Shown: in pieces, positions 28,232-37,537 of the stretch | Layout of the letters: the number at the start of each line of letters is the position of its first letter | Position numbering within the stretch: position 1 is the first letter of the stretch | Assembly: GCA_041752695.1 (NCBI GenBank) | Contig: JBGSVZ010000066.1 | Coordinates: forward strand, 60,239 to 124,238 | Source: Terrimicrobiaceae bacterium | Lineage (GTDB): Bacteria > Verrucomicrobiota > Verrucomicrobiia > Chthoniobacterales > Terrimicrobiaceae | DNA length: 64,000 bases | Direction: 5' to 3' | Position numbers and translations under genes: made by a program | Notes under the pieces: model-generated | Database searches by the model: none | Told to the model about the DNA's origin: nothing | What the model saw: the letters and a program-made list of their open reading frames with translations, nothing else

Positions 28232-29337
28232 GGCTTGTCAAAATCGATGATCACTTTCAGGCTGTCGCGATCGGCGGCGCGTTGGATTGCCTGGAGGATC
28301 TGTCCTCGTCCAAACCGTTCGCTGGCGTTGGTCATCAACCCGAGCTTCGGCAGTTTGCCGCCGGTGAGGAGTTCGTGGGCCAGACGGATCCCCTGCATCG
28401 AGGAACCGTGGGTGGCCTGGTAACATTGCAGTTTGTAATGAACGTCGTTGTTGAGGTCGACCTCGTGAGCGATGCGTGGTTTTCCTCCGGCTCCTTTGAC
28501 GCCGGCATGGGCATCCAGCACGGTGCCATAGCCCATAAGTCGGACGGAGAGTTCATAACCCTCGCGCGCCGGGACGTTCATCATCACAAAATGCGGCTCG
28601 TTGAACGGTTTGCAGGCGGCAAAGACCTTCTCGACGACGTGGTCATCCCAGCGGATTCCAACAACACGTTCATCGCCAAAATCGTCTATCACGCGTTCGA
28701 GGCGCTCCGCTCCGCGATTGACCAGAATGATTTTGCGGGCTCCCATGGCCTGGGCGCACTGCAGGGCATAAGTGCTCTGCGAACCTGCGCCGATGAGCAC
28801 CACCACGCGGTGGGTGATACAGTTGTTCACTCGCGTCATCCCCTCGAGGCAACAGGCCAGCGGCTCGAGCTGGCAGGCGTGATCGGGATCAAAGCCCTCG
28901 GGAAATTTCATGATCGGGCCCAAATCCACAAACCAGTCGGGCAGGACGGCGTGGGTTCGGGCGAACCCGGGAAATTCGTGTCCGGTCGCCTGCGTGTCCG
29001 GGCAACACGTCCAATCCCCGGTTCCTTCATCCCCGCAATACAGGCAGCCACGGTTGCCGCACGGGATATCACAGCCGATCCCAATGAGATCCCCCGGTGC
29101 AAACTTTGTCACCCCCTTGCCGACGGCGAGCACCGTGGCACTGACTTCATGCAGAATTTCCGCGGGCCAGTTTTTGATGCGCGGCAGGCCTACCTGCTGG
29201 ATCACCACATCACTCTGACAGACCGAAACGCGGCGGGTGCGGACAAGAATCTTACCAGGCTCTGGTGCTGGGAGTTCTTTCTCCACGGCAGAAAATGATC
29301 CGCCTGGCTTGTCTAGAGGGTAGGAGGTCGAGAGCAT
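28228..29337 (-). CDS. Zn-dependent alcohol dehydrogenase family protein (divergent)
   Basis: SVCQSD, ILHE, cysteine cluster CGNRGCLYC...TCC, EPLAC, GAGSQS; ATG at 29337. Confidence 0.78.
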   Translation of the reverse strand: MLSTSYPLDKPGGSFSAVEKELPAPEPGKILVRTRRVSVCQSDVVIQQVGLPRIKNWPAEILHEVSATVLAVGKGVTKFAPGDLIGIGCDIPCGNRGCLYCGDEGTGDWTCCPDTQATGHEFPGFARTHAVLPDWFVDLGPIMKFPEGFDPDHACQLEPLACCLEGMTRVNNCITHRVVVLIGAGSQSTYALQCAQAMGARKIILVNRGAERLERVIDDFGDERVVGIRWDDHVVEKVFAACKPFNEPHFVMMNVPAREGYELSVRLMGYGTVLDAHAGVKGAGGKPRIAHEVDLNNDVHYKLQCYQATHGSSMQGIRLAHELLTGGKLPKLGLMTNASERFGRGQILQAIQRAADRDSLKVIIDFDKP

Positions 29338-29347
29338 GCTTGGAATA

Positions 29348-29386
29348 TGATTGACTCGTAGTCCCAAAACAGTCATATATCAATCA
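29348..29386. promoter_or_regulatory. Inverted repeat TGATTGA-N25-TCAATCA in divergent promoter (candidate DeoR operator)
   Basis: Perfect 7-bp arms inside the 59-bp AT-rich gap between the dehydrogenase and epimerase starts. Confidence 0.5.
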
Positions 29387-29396
29387 CTTTCCGCCC

Positions 29397-30065
29397 ATGA
29401 AGCAAAAAATCCAGATCTCCCCGTCGATGATGTGCGCGGATCCCTTTGCGCTGGCGGACGTGCTGGAGGTCTTTCAGGCAGGTGGCATCGAGTGGCTGCA
29501 CATTGATGTGATGGACGGGCGTTACGTCCCGAATTTTACCCTGGGCCCCGATTATTGCCGGGCGCTGGCGGCGGCCAGTCCGATCCCGCTGGATATCCAT
29601 CTCATGGTCGAGGAACCCGATCGTCATGTCGGGCTCTTTGCGGGATTTCCCGGCTCCCGCATCTCCTTTCACCCGGAAACTGTCCGGCAGCCCGTGCGAC
29701 TGGTCGAGCGTATCCGCGAGCTTGGTGCATCTCCCGGCATCGCGATTGATCCCGCCATGCCTGTCGAGGCCTGTATTCATCTCCTTCCGTTGGTGGATCA
29801 GGTGGTCGTGATGACCGTCAATCCCGGGTATGCGGGCCAGAGGCTCCTGCCGTTTTGCCTGCCGAAAATCACCGCCTGCCAGAGTGCGTTTGACGCCTGC
29901 GGGAGCGGGGCCTCCGTGCAGGTCGATGGCAACGTGAGCTGGGAAAACATCCCGGGCATGGTGGCGGCCGGAGCCGACATTTTAGTGGCTGGCACGTCGT
30001 CACTTTTTGTCGGCGGTCGAGTCAACGCCGACGATATCCGCAGGATGCGCTCGATTTGTGACTGA
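29397..30065 (+). CDS. rpe: Ribulose-phosphate 3-epimerase family (Rpe/AlsE)
   Basis: ISPSMMCAD, LHIDVMDGRYVPN, DIHLMV, MTVNPGYAGQ, QVDG, LVAGTS. Confidence 0.88.
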   Translation: MKQKIQISPSMMCADPFALADVLEVFQAGGIEWLHIDVMDGRYVPNFTLGPDYCRALAAASPIPLDIHLMVEEPDRHVGLFAGFPGSRISFHPETVRQPVRLVERIRELGASPGIAIDPAMPVEACIHLLPLVDQVVVMTVNPGYAGQRLLPFCLPKITACQSAFDACGSGASVQVDGNVSWENIPGMVAAGADILVAGTSSLFVGGRVNADDIRRMRSICD

Positions 30066-30085
30066 AATCTGGTTTCCTTGACGCC

Positions 30086-30850
30086 ATGAGACGAATGGAA
30101 CGCCAGCGCGCGATCGTCGCTCTGGTCGAGCGCCAGGGCGACCTGACCGTTGAAGAGGCCTGCCGCATCCTCGGGATTTCCGAGGCCACCGCACGTCGGG
30201 ATTTTGTGCAGCTCACGGGACGGGGAGTCCTGGAAAAAACCTGGGGGGGCGTCCGGAAATCGGCCTCGCCGGCTCCCGGGGACATGGTGCCCAGCGGTCT
30301 GCGCGAGGAACTGCATCCGCTCGAAAAAGAACACATCGCACGGAAGGCCTGTGAGTTCATTGAAGACGGAGATGTTTTGGTGATCGACGGCGGAACCACG
30401 ACACTCTGCATGGCGCAGCATCTGGCCAACCGTCCGGTGCGGATCCTGACTAATTCCATTCTCATCGCCCACCGGATCGACCGCCTCCGTTCGCACCCCA
30501 ATGGCGCGGAAGTCTTCCTCACCGGGGGTTTTCTCTATCCGGGTTCCGGCCTCCTCGTCGGACCCGAAGCGGTGCGCAGCATCGCGGCTTACCATGCCCG
30601 CTGGGCATTTTTATCTGTGGGTGGACTCGATGAAAAAGGCGCGACCAACACCAACCACCTTGTCGTGGAAAGCGAGCGGGCGATCCTCGGGATTGCCGAG
30701 TCTGTGGTTGTGCTCGCCGACAGCTCCAAATGGCAGTGTCGGGAAATGGCAAGGGCTTTCTCGTGGGAGGAAGTCACAACCCTGGTGACCGAATGCCGGC
30801 CTCCCAAAAACACCCGCCTCGGGAAAAAAGTCGTCATCGCCGGTCTTTGA
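30086..30850 (+). CDS. DeoR/GlpR-family transcriptional regulator
   Basis: ISEATARRDF HTH, IDGGTTT, TNS, LTGG, VLADSSK. Confidence 0.92.
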   Translation: MRRMERQRAIVALVERQGDLTVEEACRILGISEATARRDFVQLTGRGVLEKTWGGVRKSASPAPGDMVPSGLREELHPLEKEHIARKACEFIEDGDVLVIDGGTTTLCMAQHLANRPVRILTNSILIAHRIDRLRSHPNGAEVFLTGGFLYPGSGLLVGPEAVRSIAAYHARWAFLSVGGLDEKGATNTNHLVVESERAILGIAESVVVLADSSKWQCREMARAFSWEEVTTLVTECRPPKNTRLGKKVVIAGL

Positions 30851-30914
30851 CCGGAGAAATCTCTCCTCAGCCTGTCTGGAATTTCTGAGCGGGTGGGAAT
30901 CGTTAGCCCAGTCC

Positions 30915-31670
30915 CTAATCGAGGGGAAACTCCGTGAACCGGTATTGTGGTACCCATCCGAGTCTGGTCATCGTGTGGCTGATGTCTGCCCGCTGCTCGG
31001 CCCCCGGGCCGGCCATCAGATAGAATGCTTCGCAACCCAGATCTTTCAGGGCAAACGCCGCCATTGCCGCGGCCCCGATGTCGCGGGGATCGATAAACTG
31101 CCAGTTCACGCTGGGACGTCTCAGGCCGTATTTATCCTCGAGCGTATCCCCCATGCTGATGTAGGCGGGGCGCAGCATGGCGACCTCCAAACCGTGTTGG
31201 GAATGATAAAATTGCGCGGTCTCCTCCTGCAGCGCCTTTGTCAGCCCGTAGATCGAATCCGGACTGGCCGGCAAATCCGTGGAAAGAAATCTCCCTGCCG
31301 TCACGGCCTGCTGCACAACCGCGACGCTGGAAATTAGCACCACGCGCTTCACTCCCTTCCGCACTGCCGCATCCAGAAGCAGCGCGGTCCCGCCGACATT
31401 GATTTCAAAGGGCACCTTGGTGCTGTCGTAAATGCCGGGAGCCCGCGGGGCCATGTGGGAGATCACGAGTCCGCCCATCCCTTCCAGACTGCCGTCGATC
31501 TGCTCGGCGTCGGTCACAGATCCCTCACGGAACGCTTCGTCACCTCCCGGATTTCTCACGTCGAACGCAACTACGGGATAACGCGATCGCAGCACGCCTA
31601 CCAAATGGCTGCCCAAAAAACCGCAGCCGCCGGTGACAAGGATTCGGGAATCGGAAGAAAGAGCGGGCAT
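30915..31670 (-). CDS. NAD-dependent epimerase/dehydratase (extended SDR)
   Basis: ILVTGGCGFLG, ISS, YGLTK. Confidence 0.88.
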   Translation of the reverse strand: MPALSSDSRILVTGGCGFLGSHLVGVLRSRYPVVAFDVRNPGGDEAFREGSVTDAEQIDGSLEGMGGLVISHMAPRAPGIYDSTKVPFEINVGGTALLLDAAVRKGVKRVVLISSVAVVQQAVTAGRFLSTDLPASPDSIYGLTKALQEETAQFYHSQHGLEVAMLRPAYISMGDTLEDKYGLRRPSVNWQFIDPRDIGAAAMAAFALKDLGCEAFYLMAGPGAEQRADISHTMTRLGWVPQYRFTEFPLD

Positions 31671-31711
31671 AACTATGTTTCGCAGGAGGGTTGAAAATCG
31701 TCAAATCCGTA

Positions 31712-31725
31712 ATCAATGATGTGAT
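31712..31725. promoter_or_regulatory. Island operator site 8 (ATCAATGATGTGAT)
   Basis: 2 mismatches to the consensus, in the 73-bp gap upstream of the SDR gene. Confidence 0.6.
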
Positions 31726-31743
31726 TGCAGGTCGCGCGGGGGA

Positions 31744-33399
31744 TCAGTCCGTATCCGTCCGAAAAGGGAAAGCCGGCAAACCGGCACTACTGTAAAGATT
31801 GACGACCGGGCTCATCTGCCAACCGTAGCGCACGAAGGCGGGATCGGGAATCGCCTCGCTCCAGACGAGCACCTTGTCGGTGCCTTCGATAGCGGCCTTG
31901 GCAGCGACGAACTTTTTGTCCTTTCCGGCGATGGCAAAGCCATGAAGTTCGTCGGTCGGTGGTTGCGGGGTCAGCGAGGATTTCGGCGGCTGCCCGATTT
32001 TCAGTCCGTCACCCGCATGGCGGAAAGCGATCTGGATTTTGTTCCCGGTCACCGTTGCGCTTTCGATAATCGGACCGCCGTAATCGACGTTCTCTCCATA
32101 GGCGAAATGGCCGGCGGCGAGCGCGAGGCGGAGGGCAATATTTTCTTTTTCGTCGGGGTGCAGGTTCCGATTTTCGTCGGGGGAATTCGTGCTGCCCAGG
32201 TCGATGGTGGGAATCAGGCCAGTATTAGGGACGGCCTGGTGGGCTTTCATCTGCCTGTCGCGGACGGTGGCCCAACCGATTACGGGCTCGGCGGCATCCT
32301 TCTGTTGTTTGCTCTTGTTCGGCAATTGAACGATCAGGAAGGGGAAGTCGCCGATTTGCCAGCGCTTCCGCCAGTCCGTGATGAGGGCGGCGAGAAGTTT
32401 GTCGTAAAGAGGATCGTTGGCGTTCGATTCGCCCTGATACCACAGCGCGCCGCGGATGGGAAAATTGACGAGGGGGTTGATTTTCGCATTAAAAAGCACG
32501 GTGGGGAAGGTGGTCTGGGCCGTGAAATACGGGGGCTCGGGCTTGGGCTGAGCCGGCGCCGGCCGGTCGAAGGGTTCGTTCTTCTTCAGGGCCGCAAAGC
32601 GGTCCATATACCATTGTTTCCGGTCTTTCTCATATTGTGCCCCGCCTTCCGCGAGCCATTGGTCATGGGCGGCTTTGGCGGCCTCGGGCTGTTCGAAAAT
32701 TGCCGCGACTGGCTGGAGGTAGGCTTTCTGGAGGTCAGGATTCTCCGCGAGCGCTTCCCGGCTCAACCACACTTCCGCCTTTGAAGCGCCAAGATTCGCC
32801 CCGATCAGGCCGACCGGAACTTTTTGGGACTGCAAGATGTCCCGGCCAAAATAATAGCCGACGGCGGAGAAGGATTTGGCGGATTCGGGGGCACAGACCA
32901 CCCACCGACCCTTGCAGTCGGGCAGGGGAACACCCGACGACTCGTGCGCGATTTGAAAGAAACGCATTTGCGGCCGGTTGGCCTCGGCAAGCTCCCCGGA
33001 CGCCCCCTGACATTCGCCAAGCGGGAAGGCCATGTTCGACTGTCCGGAGCAGACCCAGACGTCGCCGACCAAAACATCGCGCACCGTGATCGTGTCCACT
33101 CCGTCGCTCACCACCAGCTCGACCGGACTTCCCGAGGCGGAAACTTTGCCTGTCGTCGCTGACCATGCGCCGTTCCCATCGGACTGGGCGGTGGCGGTGA
33201 CCTGGCCGAGAGCGACATTCACGGTTGTCCCGGGTTTTGCCCAACCCCAGACGCGCAGGGGAACATCCCGCTGGATGACCATATGATCGCTCAGGATCGA
33301 AGGCAGCTTGAGCTTCGACGAAGGTTCTTGGGAATGGGCGGCAACCACCATGAGAAGCAGGGCGGAAATCAGGGCGAGAGAGCGCGTGGGAATGTTCAT
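31744..33399 (-). CDS. Sialate O-acetylesterase family (SGNH) carbohydrate esterase, secreted
   Basis: Signal peptide; SDHMVIQR, GDVWVCSGQSNM, FSAVGYYF, WYQGESNA, NLHP, GLPAFPFRTD. Confidence 0.9.
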   Translation of the reverse strand: MNIPTRSLALISALLLMVVAAHSQEPSSKLKLPSILSDHMVIQRDVPLRVWGWAKPGTTVNVALGQVTATAQSDGNGAWSATTGKVSASGSPVELVVSDGVDTITVRDVLVGDVWVCSGQSNMAFPLGECQGASGELAEANRPQMRFFQIAHESSGVPLPDCKGRWVVCAPESAKSFSAVGYYFGRDILQSQKVPVGLIGANLGASKAEVWLSREALAENPDLQKAYLQPVAAIFEQPEAAKAAHDQWLAEGGAQYEKDRKQWYMDRFAALKKNEPFDRPAPAQPKPEPPYFTAQTTFPTVLFNAKINPLVNFPIRGALWYQGESNANDPLYDKLLAALITDWRKRWQIGDFPFLIVQLPNKSKQQKDAAEPVIGWATVRDRQMKAHQAVPNTGLIPTIDLGSTNSPDENRNLHPDEKENIALRLALAAGHFAYGENVDYGGPIIESATVTGNKIQIAFRHAGDGLKIGQPPKSSLTPQPPTDELHGFAIAGKDKKFVAAKAAIEGTDKVLVWSEAIPDPAFVRYGWQMSPVVNLYSSAGLPAFPFRTDTD

Positions 33400-33445
33400 A
33401 AAATATTCAAAATGGTCTGGAGACTAGATGCCAAGCCGCCATCGT

Positions 33446-35779
33446 CTAAGCTGGGCTCGCCTTCCCGGTATCCATCGCGGAAACGGGGATTTCACAATAG
33501 ATCGCCACTTTTTTTCTTCCCAAAGTTTTAGAACTAGGGATCAGATCGCCTGCGAGCACATTTCCATCCAACTCGATCCGGGGTGCGGAGCCTCGCCGGA
33601 TATGGATTTCGTATTCCACGCCACGAAACGGGCGGGTGATCCGCGCTTCGTTCCATTGGGAGGGGAGTTTGGGACGAAGATAAAACCCTTCCAAAGTGCG
33701 CTCGATGCCAAAGAGCTGATTGACCGTATTAAGAAAATTCCACGATACCGTGCCGGTCCGCCAGGGATCGTCCGAGACATGCAAACTCATCCGCTGGGCA
33801 GCTGGCCCGACATAACCATTAGCCTGCGCGTACGGTTCCGATTTTTCAGCCGACGGCAAAATCCGTTTAAGCGTGTCGTAGGCTTTGTCGTTTCTTCCGG
33901 CCGTAAAATCCGCCGCGATCTTGAAGCTGGCGGCGTGGCAATAGACATTCCCGTTGGTGAAGAATCCGGCGGGAGTTCCGCTGAGCTGGCCGATGCCGTA
34001 ATTGTATTCGGTGAAGGGCGGCCAGTTATGCACCGGCCCGACCGGTGTCTCCATGAAGGTTTCGAGGTGCTCCGCGATTCCGAGATACGTCTCCGCGTCG
34101 ATCACCCCGGAGAGCAGCGCCCATGATTGGGGATTTAAAAAGCAACTGCCCTCAGAGGAGGAGCTGGAGCCAATCTTTTCGCCATCATCATTGATCGCAT
34201 AGATAAAATGTTTCCCGTCCCAGCCATATTTCCAGATCGATTCCGAGAGTTCTTCGTGCCGCTGCTGACAGAGGTTTTCGAGAGCTTGATCTCCCCGCCA
34301 GGCCGCCAGTTGCTTCATCACCTTGAGCACACGGGCCAGCGCGAAGCTCATCCAGACCCCTTCGCCTTTTCCCTGGGGGCCCGCCTTATCAATCAAATCG
34401 TTCCAGTCCCCGCAGTGGATCAGACTTAGGCCGTGGCTTCCGCGGTCATTCCAAAGAAATTCCATCGCCTTCAAGTTGTGTCCCCAGATCGTGTCTTCCC
34501 CTTTATCCGAGTATGCGACGACCTCTTCCAGTAAGCCGAGATCGCCGGTCTCGCGAACCAGGGCATCGGTGGCCATGCTGATCCAGGAGGGAGAGTCAGC
34601 GTAATGTTTGTCAGCGGCAGCGATGTCCATGCTGGCAACGCGGAACGCGCGCGGACAAAAGCCGTCACTCCGCTGATTGCGCAGGGCCTTTTTGAACATT
34701 TCCAGCGCGCGGGCGGGATCCACGAGGCTCATCCCCGCGGAGTCCTGGCAGGTATCCCGATATCCCTTGAAATAAAAGCGCGCCCAATCCGCCATGAGGT
34801 GGAGTTGGTGTTTGAGCCAGGTGTTGTGCAGATGGTTGAATGCGACGTCGGGAGTTTCGATGTTTAGGGCACCAAGCCGCACGCGATTCGCCTGCTTCAT
34901 CGCGGCAAATTCTGTTTCGATTTGATCGCCATCCCTGAAGCCATCGCGCATCCGCCGTGCGTCGTGAACGTCCACCACCAGCCCCAAAACGTAGTGGATT
35001 GTCCGGGCATCCCCAGCGTCCAACTTCAGATCGTGCTGCATCGCGCCAACGAGAAACTCCACGCTTGCCACACTGTTTCCAAGCTCTCCCAGCACCACCC
35101 GCTCAGGGCGGCTGAAGCTGCGATTTTTCCCGAGAAAAAACTCGCGGCTCGTATCCCAGCGGTCGGGTGGCACGTCGGCATACATAAACGCGCGGTATTT
35201 CTTATCCACGACCGTGTGCGTCATGTTTTTGAAAAATAGGAACTCGTCCTCCCGCTCATATTTCCCGCTAATTCCGCCAAAATACCCGTAAGGCATATTC
35301 ACGCCATCGAGCATGATGTTCGTAACGGCAAAGAGGGAGAGCTCGCGGCTCCTGGCGCTTTCGTTCACCACGTGGACGGTCCATATTTCGGCCGATTCTT
35401 CACGTGGGACAAAAAGCCGGAACTCGATCCGAACTCCGTGGTGGAGGGTTCGCAGCACGGAGTACCCCAGGCCGTGCCGACATTCGAACTCCTCCATCTC
35501 CGTCCAGCAGGGAAAATATCCGGCGCTCCAGAACTCCCCTGTTTCGTTGTCTCGCAAATAAAGCCACCGGGGATCGTCGCGCATGTCCTGCTTGCCGAAC
35601 AGGTTCGTCACCACGCCAGAGTCCTCCTGGTAGAGCGAGAAGCCGTTCATGTTCTGCCCCGCGCAGGCCAGATAGGTCGGATTCCAGAAAAAGTTGAACC
35701 AATCTCGCGGGGGATGGGGCGCCGTCACCACGTACTCCAGGCCGTCCGCGGTGAAATGTCCAAATGCCGTGTCGTTCAT
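33446..35779 (-). CDS. GH94 glycoside phosphorylase (cellobiose phosphorylase-like)
   Basis: PPRDWFNF, LYLRDNETGEFWS, CRHGLGY, GYRDTCQD, GDWND, NGNVYCHA, TGTVSW. Confidence 0.88.
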   Translation of the reverse strand: MNDTAFGHFTADGLEYVVTAPHPPRDWFNFFWNPTYLACAGQNMNGFSLYQEDSGVVTNLFGKQDMRDDPRWLYLRDNETGEFWSAGYFPCWTEMEEFECRHGLGYSVLRTLHHGVRIEFRLFVPREESAEIWTVHVVNESARSRELSLFAVTNIMLDGVNMPYGYFGGISGKYEREDEFLFFKNMTHTVVDKKYRAFMYADVPPDRWDTSREFFLGKNRSFSRPERVVLGELGNSVASVEFLVGAMQHDLKLDAGDARTIHYVLGLVVDVHDARRMRDGFRDGDQIETEFAAMKQANRVRLGALNIETPDVAFNHLHNTWLKHQLHLMADWARFYFKGYRDTCQDSAGMSLVDPARALEMFKKALRNQRSDGFCPRAFRVASMDIAAADKHYADSPSWISMATDALVRETGDLGLLEEVVAYSDKGEDTIWGHNLKAMEFLWNDRGSHGLSLIHCGDWNDLIDKAGPQGKGEGVWMSFALARVLKVMKQLAAWRGDQALENLCQQRHEELSESIWKYGWDGKHFIYAINDDGEKIGSSSSSEGSCFLNPQSWALLSGVIDAETYLGIAEHLETFMETPVGPVHNWPPFTEYNYGIGQLSGTPAGFFTNGNVYCHAASFKIAADFTAGRNDKAYDTLKRILPSAEKSEPYAQANGYVGPAAQRMSLHVSDDPWRTGTVSWNFLNTVNQLFGIERTLEGFYLRPKLPSQWNEARITRPFRGVEYEIHIRRGSAPRIELDGNVLAGDLIPSSKTLGRKKVAIYCEIPVSAMDTGKASPA

Positions 35780-35805
35780 AAGTTTTTATTCATCAGGAAA
35801 ATTGG

Positions 35806-37347
35806 TCAGCTGTTCCCGTTCTGCCAGGCGCTGAGATAATGCTGTTCCACCCGGACTGGAGCACCCGCCGCATCTGTCCGGAAGGGCAATGGGGGAAGGC
35901 CGTCTTCGCTAAACACATTGACGCCCGGATCACCCTGCCAGAGATATCGCAGGTCCTTGTCTCCGCCATCACTCTCAACCACCGCGGTGCAGGGGGACGT
36001 CAGTCGGGCAACAGCCGTGCGGAAGACCCCGTCGTCGCCGGCCAGTTCAAAGCCCGCGACCGCACTGCCGACAACACGGACCGGTTGAGAAAATATACAG
36101 CGGAAGCTTTCGTCATGGGTGCGCTCAATCCTCATGATACGAGGCGCCTGCGGCACCTGGGCCCCGGTGATGGCAAGTTGGACAAATCGGGCCAGCCTCG
36201 CGGCTAATAGATCTTTGTCCGCCGGATGGTAGTCCTGCGGGTCTCCAAGATCGAGGGCTGGAACCAGGAATACCCCGTTCTTTTGATCAACCGCTCCGGC
36301 TTGCGCTTCGCGGACCACCGGCCAGTTCTCCGTGGTTTCATCGGCAGCACACCGGACAAGCTGCACGAGAAAAATGGGGAGCTCCGGCTGCTTCCACGCA
36401 GCGCGCCATGTCGCGATCAACTCCTGCAGATGGCGGGGGTATTGCGATGGTTCCTCGGCGTCTGTTTCCCCCTGGTACCAGACCACGCCGCTGATGGGGT
36501 AGCGGGTCAGCGGATCAATTCCGCCGTGATAAAATCCCGAGGGTTGCGCCCGACAGCGCGGCCCTCGCGGACCAAAAAAAAGATACTTGGTCCAAGGCAG
36601 CGGCGTTTCTCCGGCTACCGCACGGCGGGCGTTCTCTGCATCGTGCACCTCCCGGTCGGAAACCCATTTCGCATAGACCTCCTCCTCGTTTTCCGGCTGC
36701 CACGGATAGCCATTCCAGTACGTCTTCAGATCTTCGTATTTTTCGAAGACCGAGGGCGGCAGCCAGGAGGTGATGCCGCTCCCTCCAACCGCAGCAGTCA
36801 GCACTCCCACAGGAATACCCAGCTCCCTTTGGAGCCGCAATCCGAACAGCAGTGGCAAAGCGGGCATTTCCGGCGCGTTACCCGGAGTGGCGACGATCCA
36901 CCTTCCGTTCCTCACATCACGCGCCGGAGCGGGAACGGGTTGGCAGTCCTGAACAAAGATGCTCACTTGAGAATTATCGGTGTGCGGCACGATCTCCTCT
37001 CTCGTGCTGAGGGACGAAACCGGAACCTCCATGTTCGATTGCCCGGCGCACAAAATCACTTCTCCGACAAAAATTCCTTCAATCCTCGCTGTTTGTTCGC
37101 CACAGACCACATCCAGAGTCAGAGGTCCGCCTGCTTTCCGGGCCGGTAGGTGGGCATTCCAGACACCGCCTTTGACAAATGTCCGGACAGATGTGTCCCC
37201 CAGCGACACCTCGACGGGAGCATTTTCCAAACCCCAGCCCGAGATGCAGATGGAGCGATTGCGCTGAAGCACTGCACCTGGGGAGAGCAGCGAGGAAACG
37301 CCAAACGCCTCGCCCAGAATTGGGGGATACTCGAGAACCGACGACAT
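35806..37347 (-). CDS. Sialate O-acetylesterase family (SGNH) carbohydrate esterase, no signal peptide
   Basis: AVLQR, GEVILCAGQSNM, WYQGETDA, DYHP, GLPPLPFRTD; ATG at 37347. Confidence 0.88.
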   Translation of the reverse strand: MSSVLEYPPILGEAFGVSSLLSPGAVLQRNRSICISGWGLENAPVEVSLGDTSVRTFVKGGVWNAHLPARKAGGPLTLDVVCGEQTARIEGIFVGEVILCAGQSNMEVPVSSLSTREEIVPHTDNSQVSIFVQDCQPVPAPARDVRNGRWIVATPGNAPEMPALPLLFGLRLQRELGIPVGVLTAAVGGSGITSWLPPSVFEKYEDLKTYWNGYPWQPENEEEVYAKWVSDREVHDAENARRAVAGETPLPWTKYLFFGPRGPRCRAQPSGFYHGGIDPLTRYPISGVVWYQGETDAEEPSQYPRHLQELIATWRAAWKQPELPIFLVQLVRCAADETTENWPVVREAQAGAVDQKNGVFLVPALDLGDPQDYHPADKDLLAARLARFVQLAITGAQVPQAPRIMRIERTHDESFRCIFSQPVRVVGSAVAGFELAGDDGVFRTAVARLTSPCTAVVESDGGDKDLRYLWQGDPGVNVFSEDGLPPLPFRTDAAGAPVRVEQHYLSAWQNGNS

Positions 37348-37348
37348 T

Positions 37349-37362
37349 ATCACAGGATTGAT
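37349..37362. promoter_or_regulatory. Island operator site 9 (ATCACAGGATTGAT)
   Basis: Exact reverse complement of ATCAATCCTGTGAT, 1 bp from the ATG at 37347. Confidence 0.78.
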
Positions 37363-37537
37363 ACTTTGAACCCAAAGTCATATCCAGCACTATTCCGGGC
37401 GATTTGTGGGAAGCCTGAATGAGGCGTAGAGGAACAGCGTATTGACCGCAGGCGGCTACATCTCGCTTTTCGGAAGGGCACTCTCCTCGATCCTCGGACT
37501 CCCAATGAGGAGACCGGCAACCCTGCGCGACCTGGTC

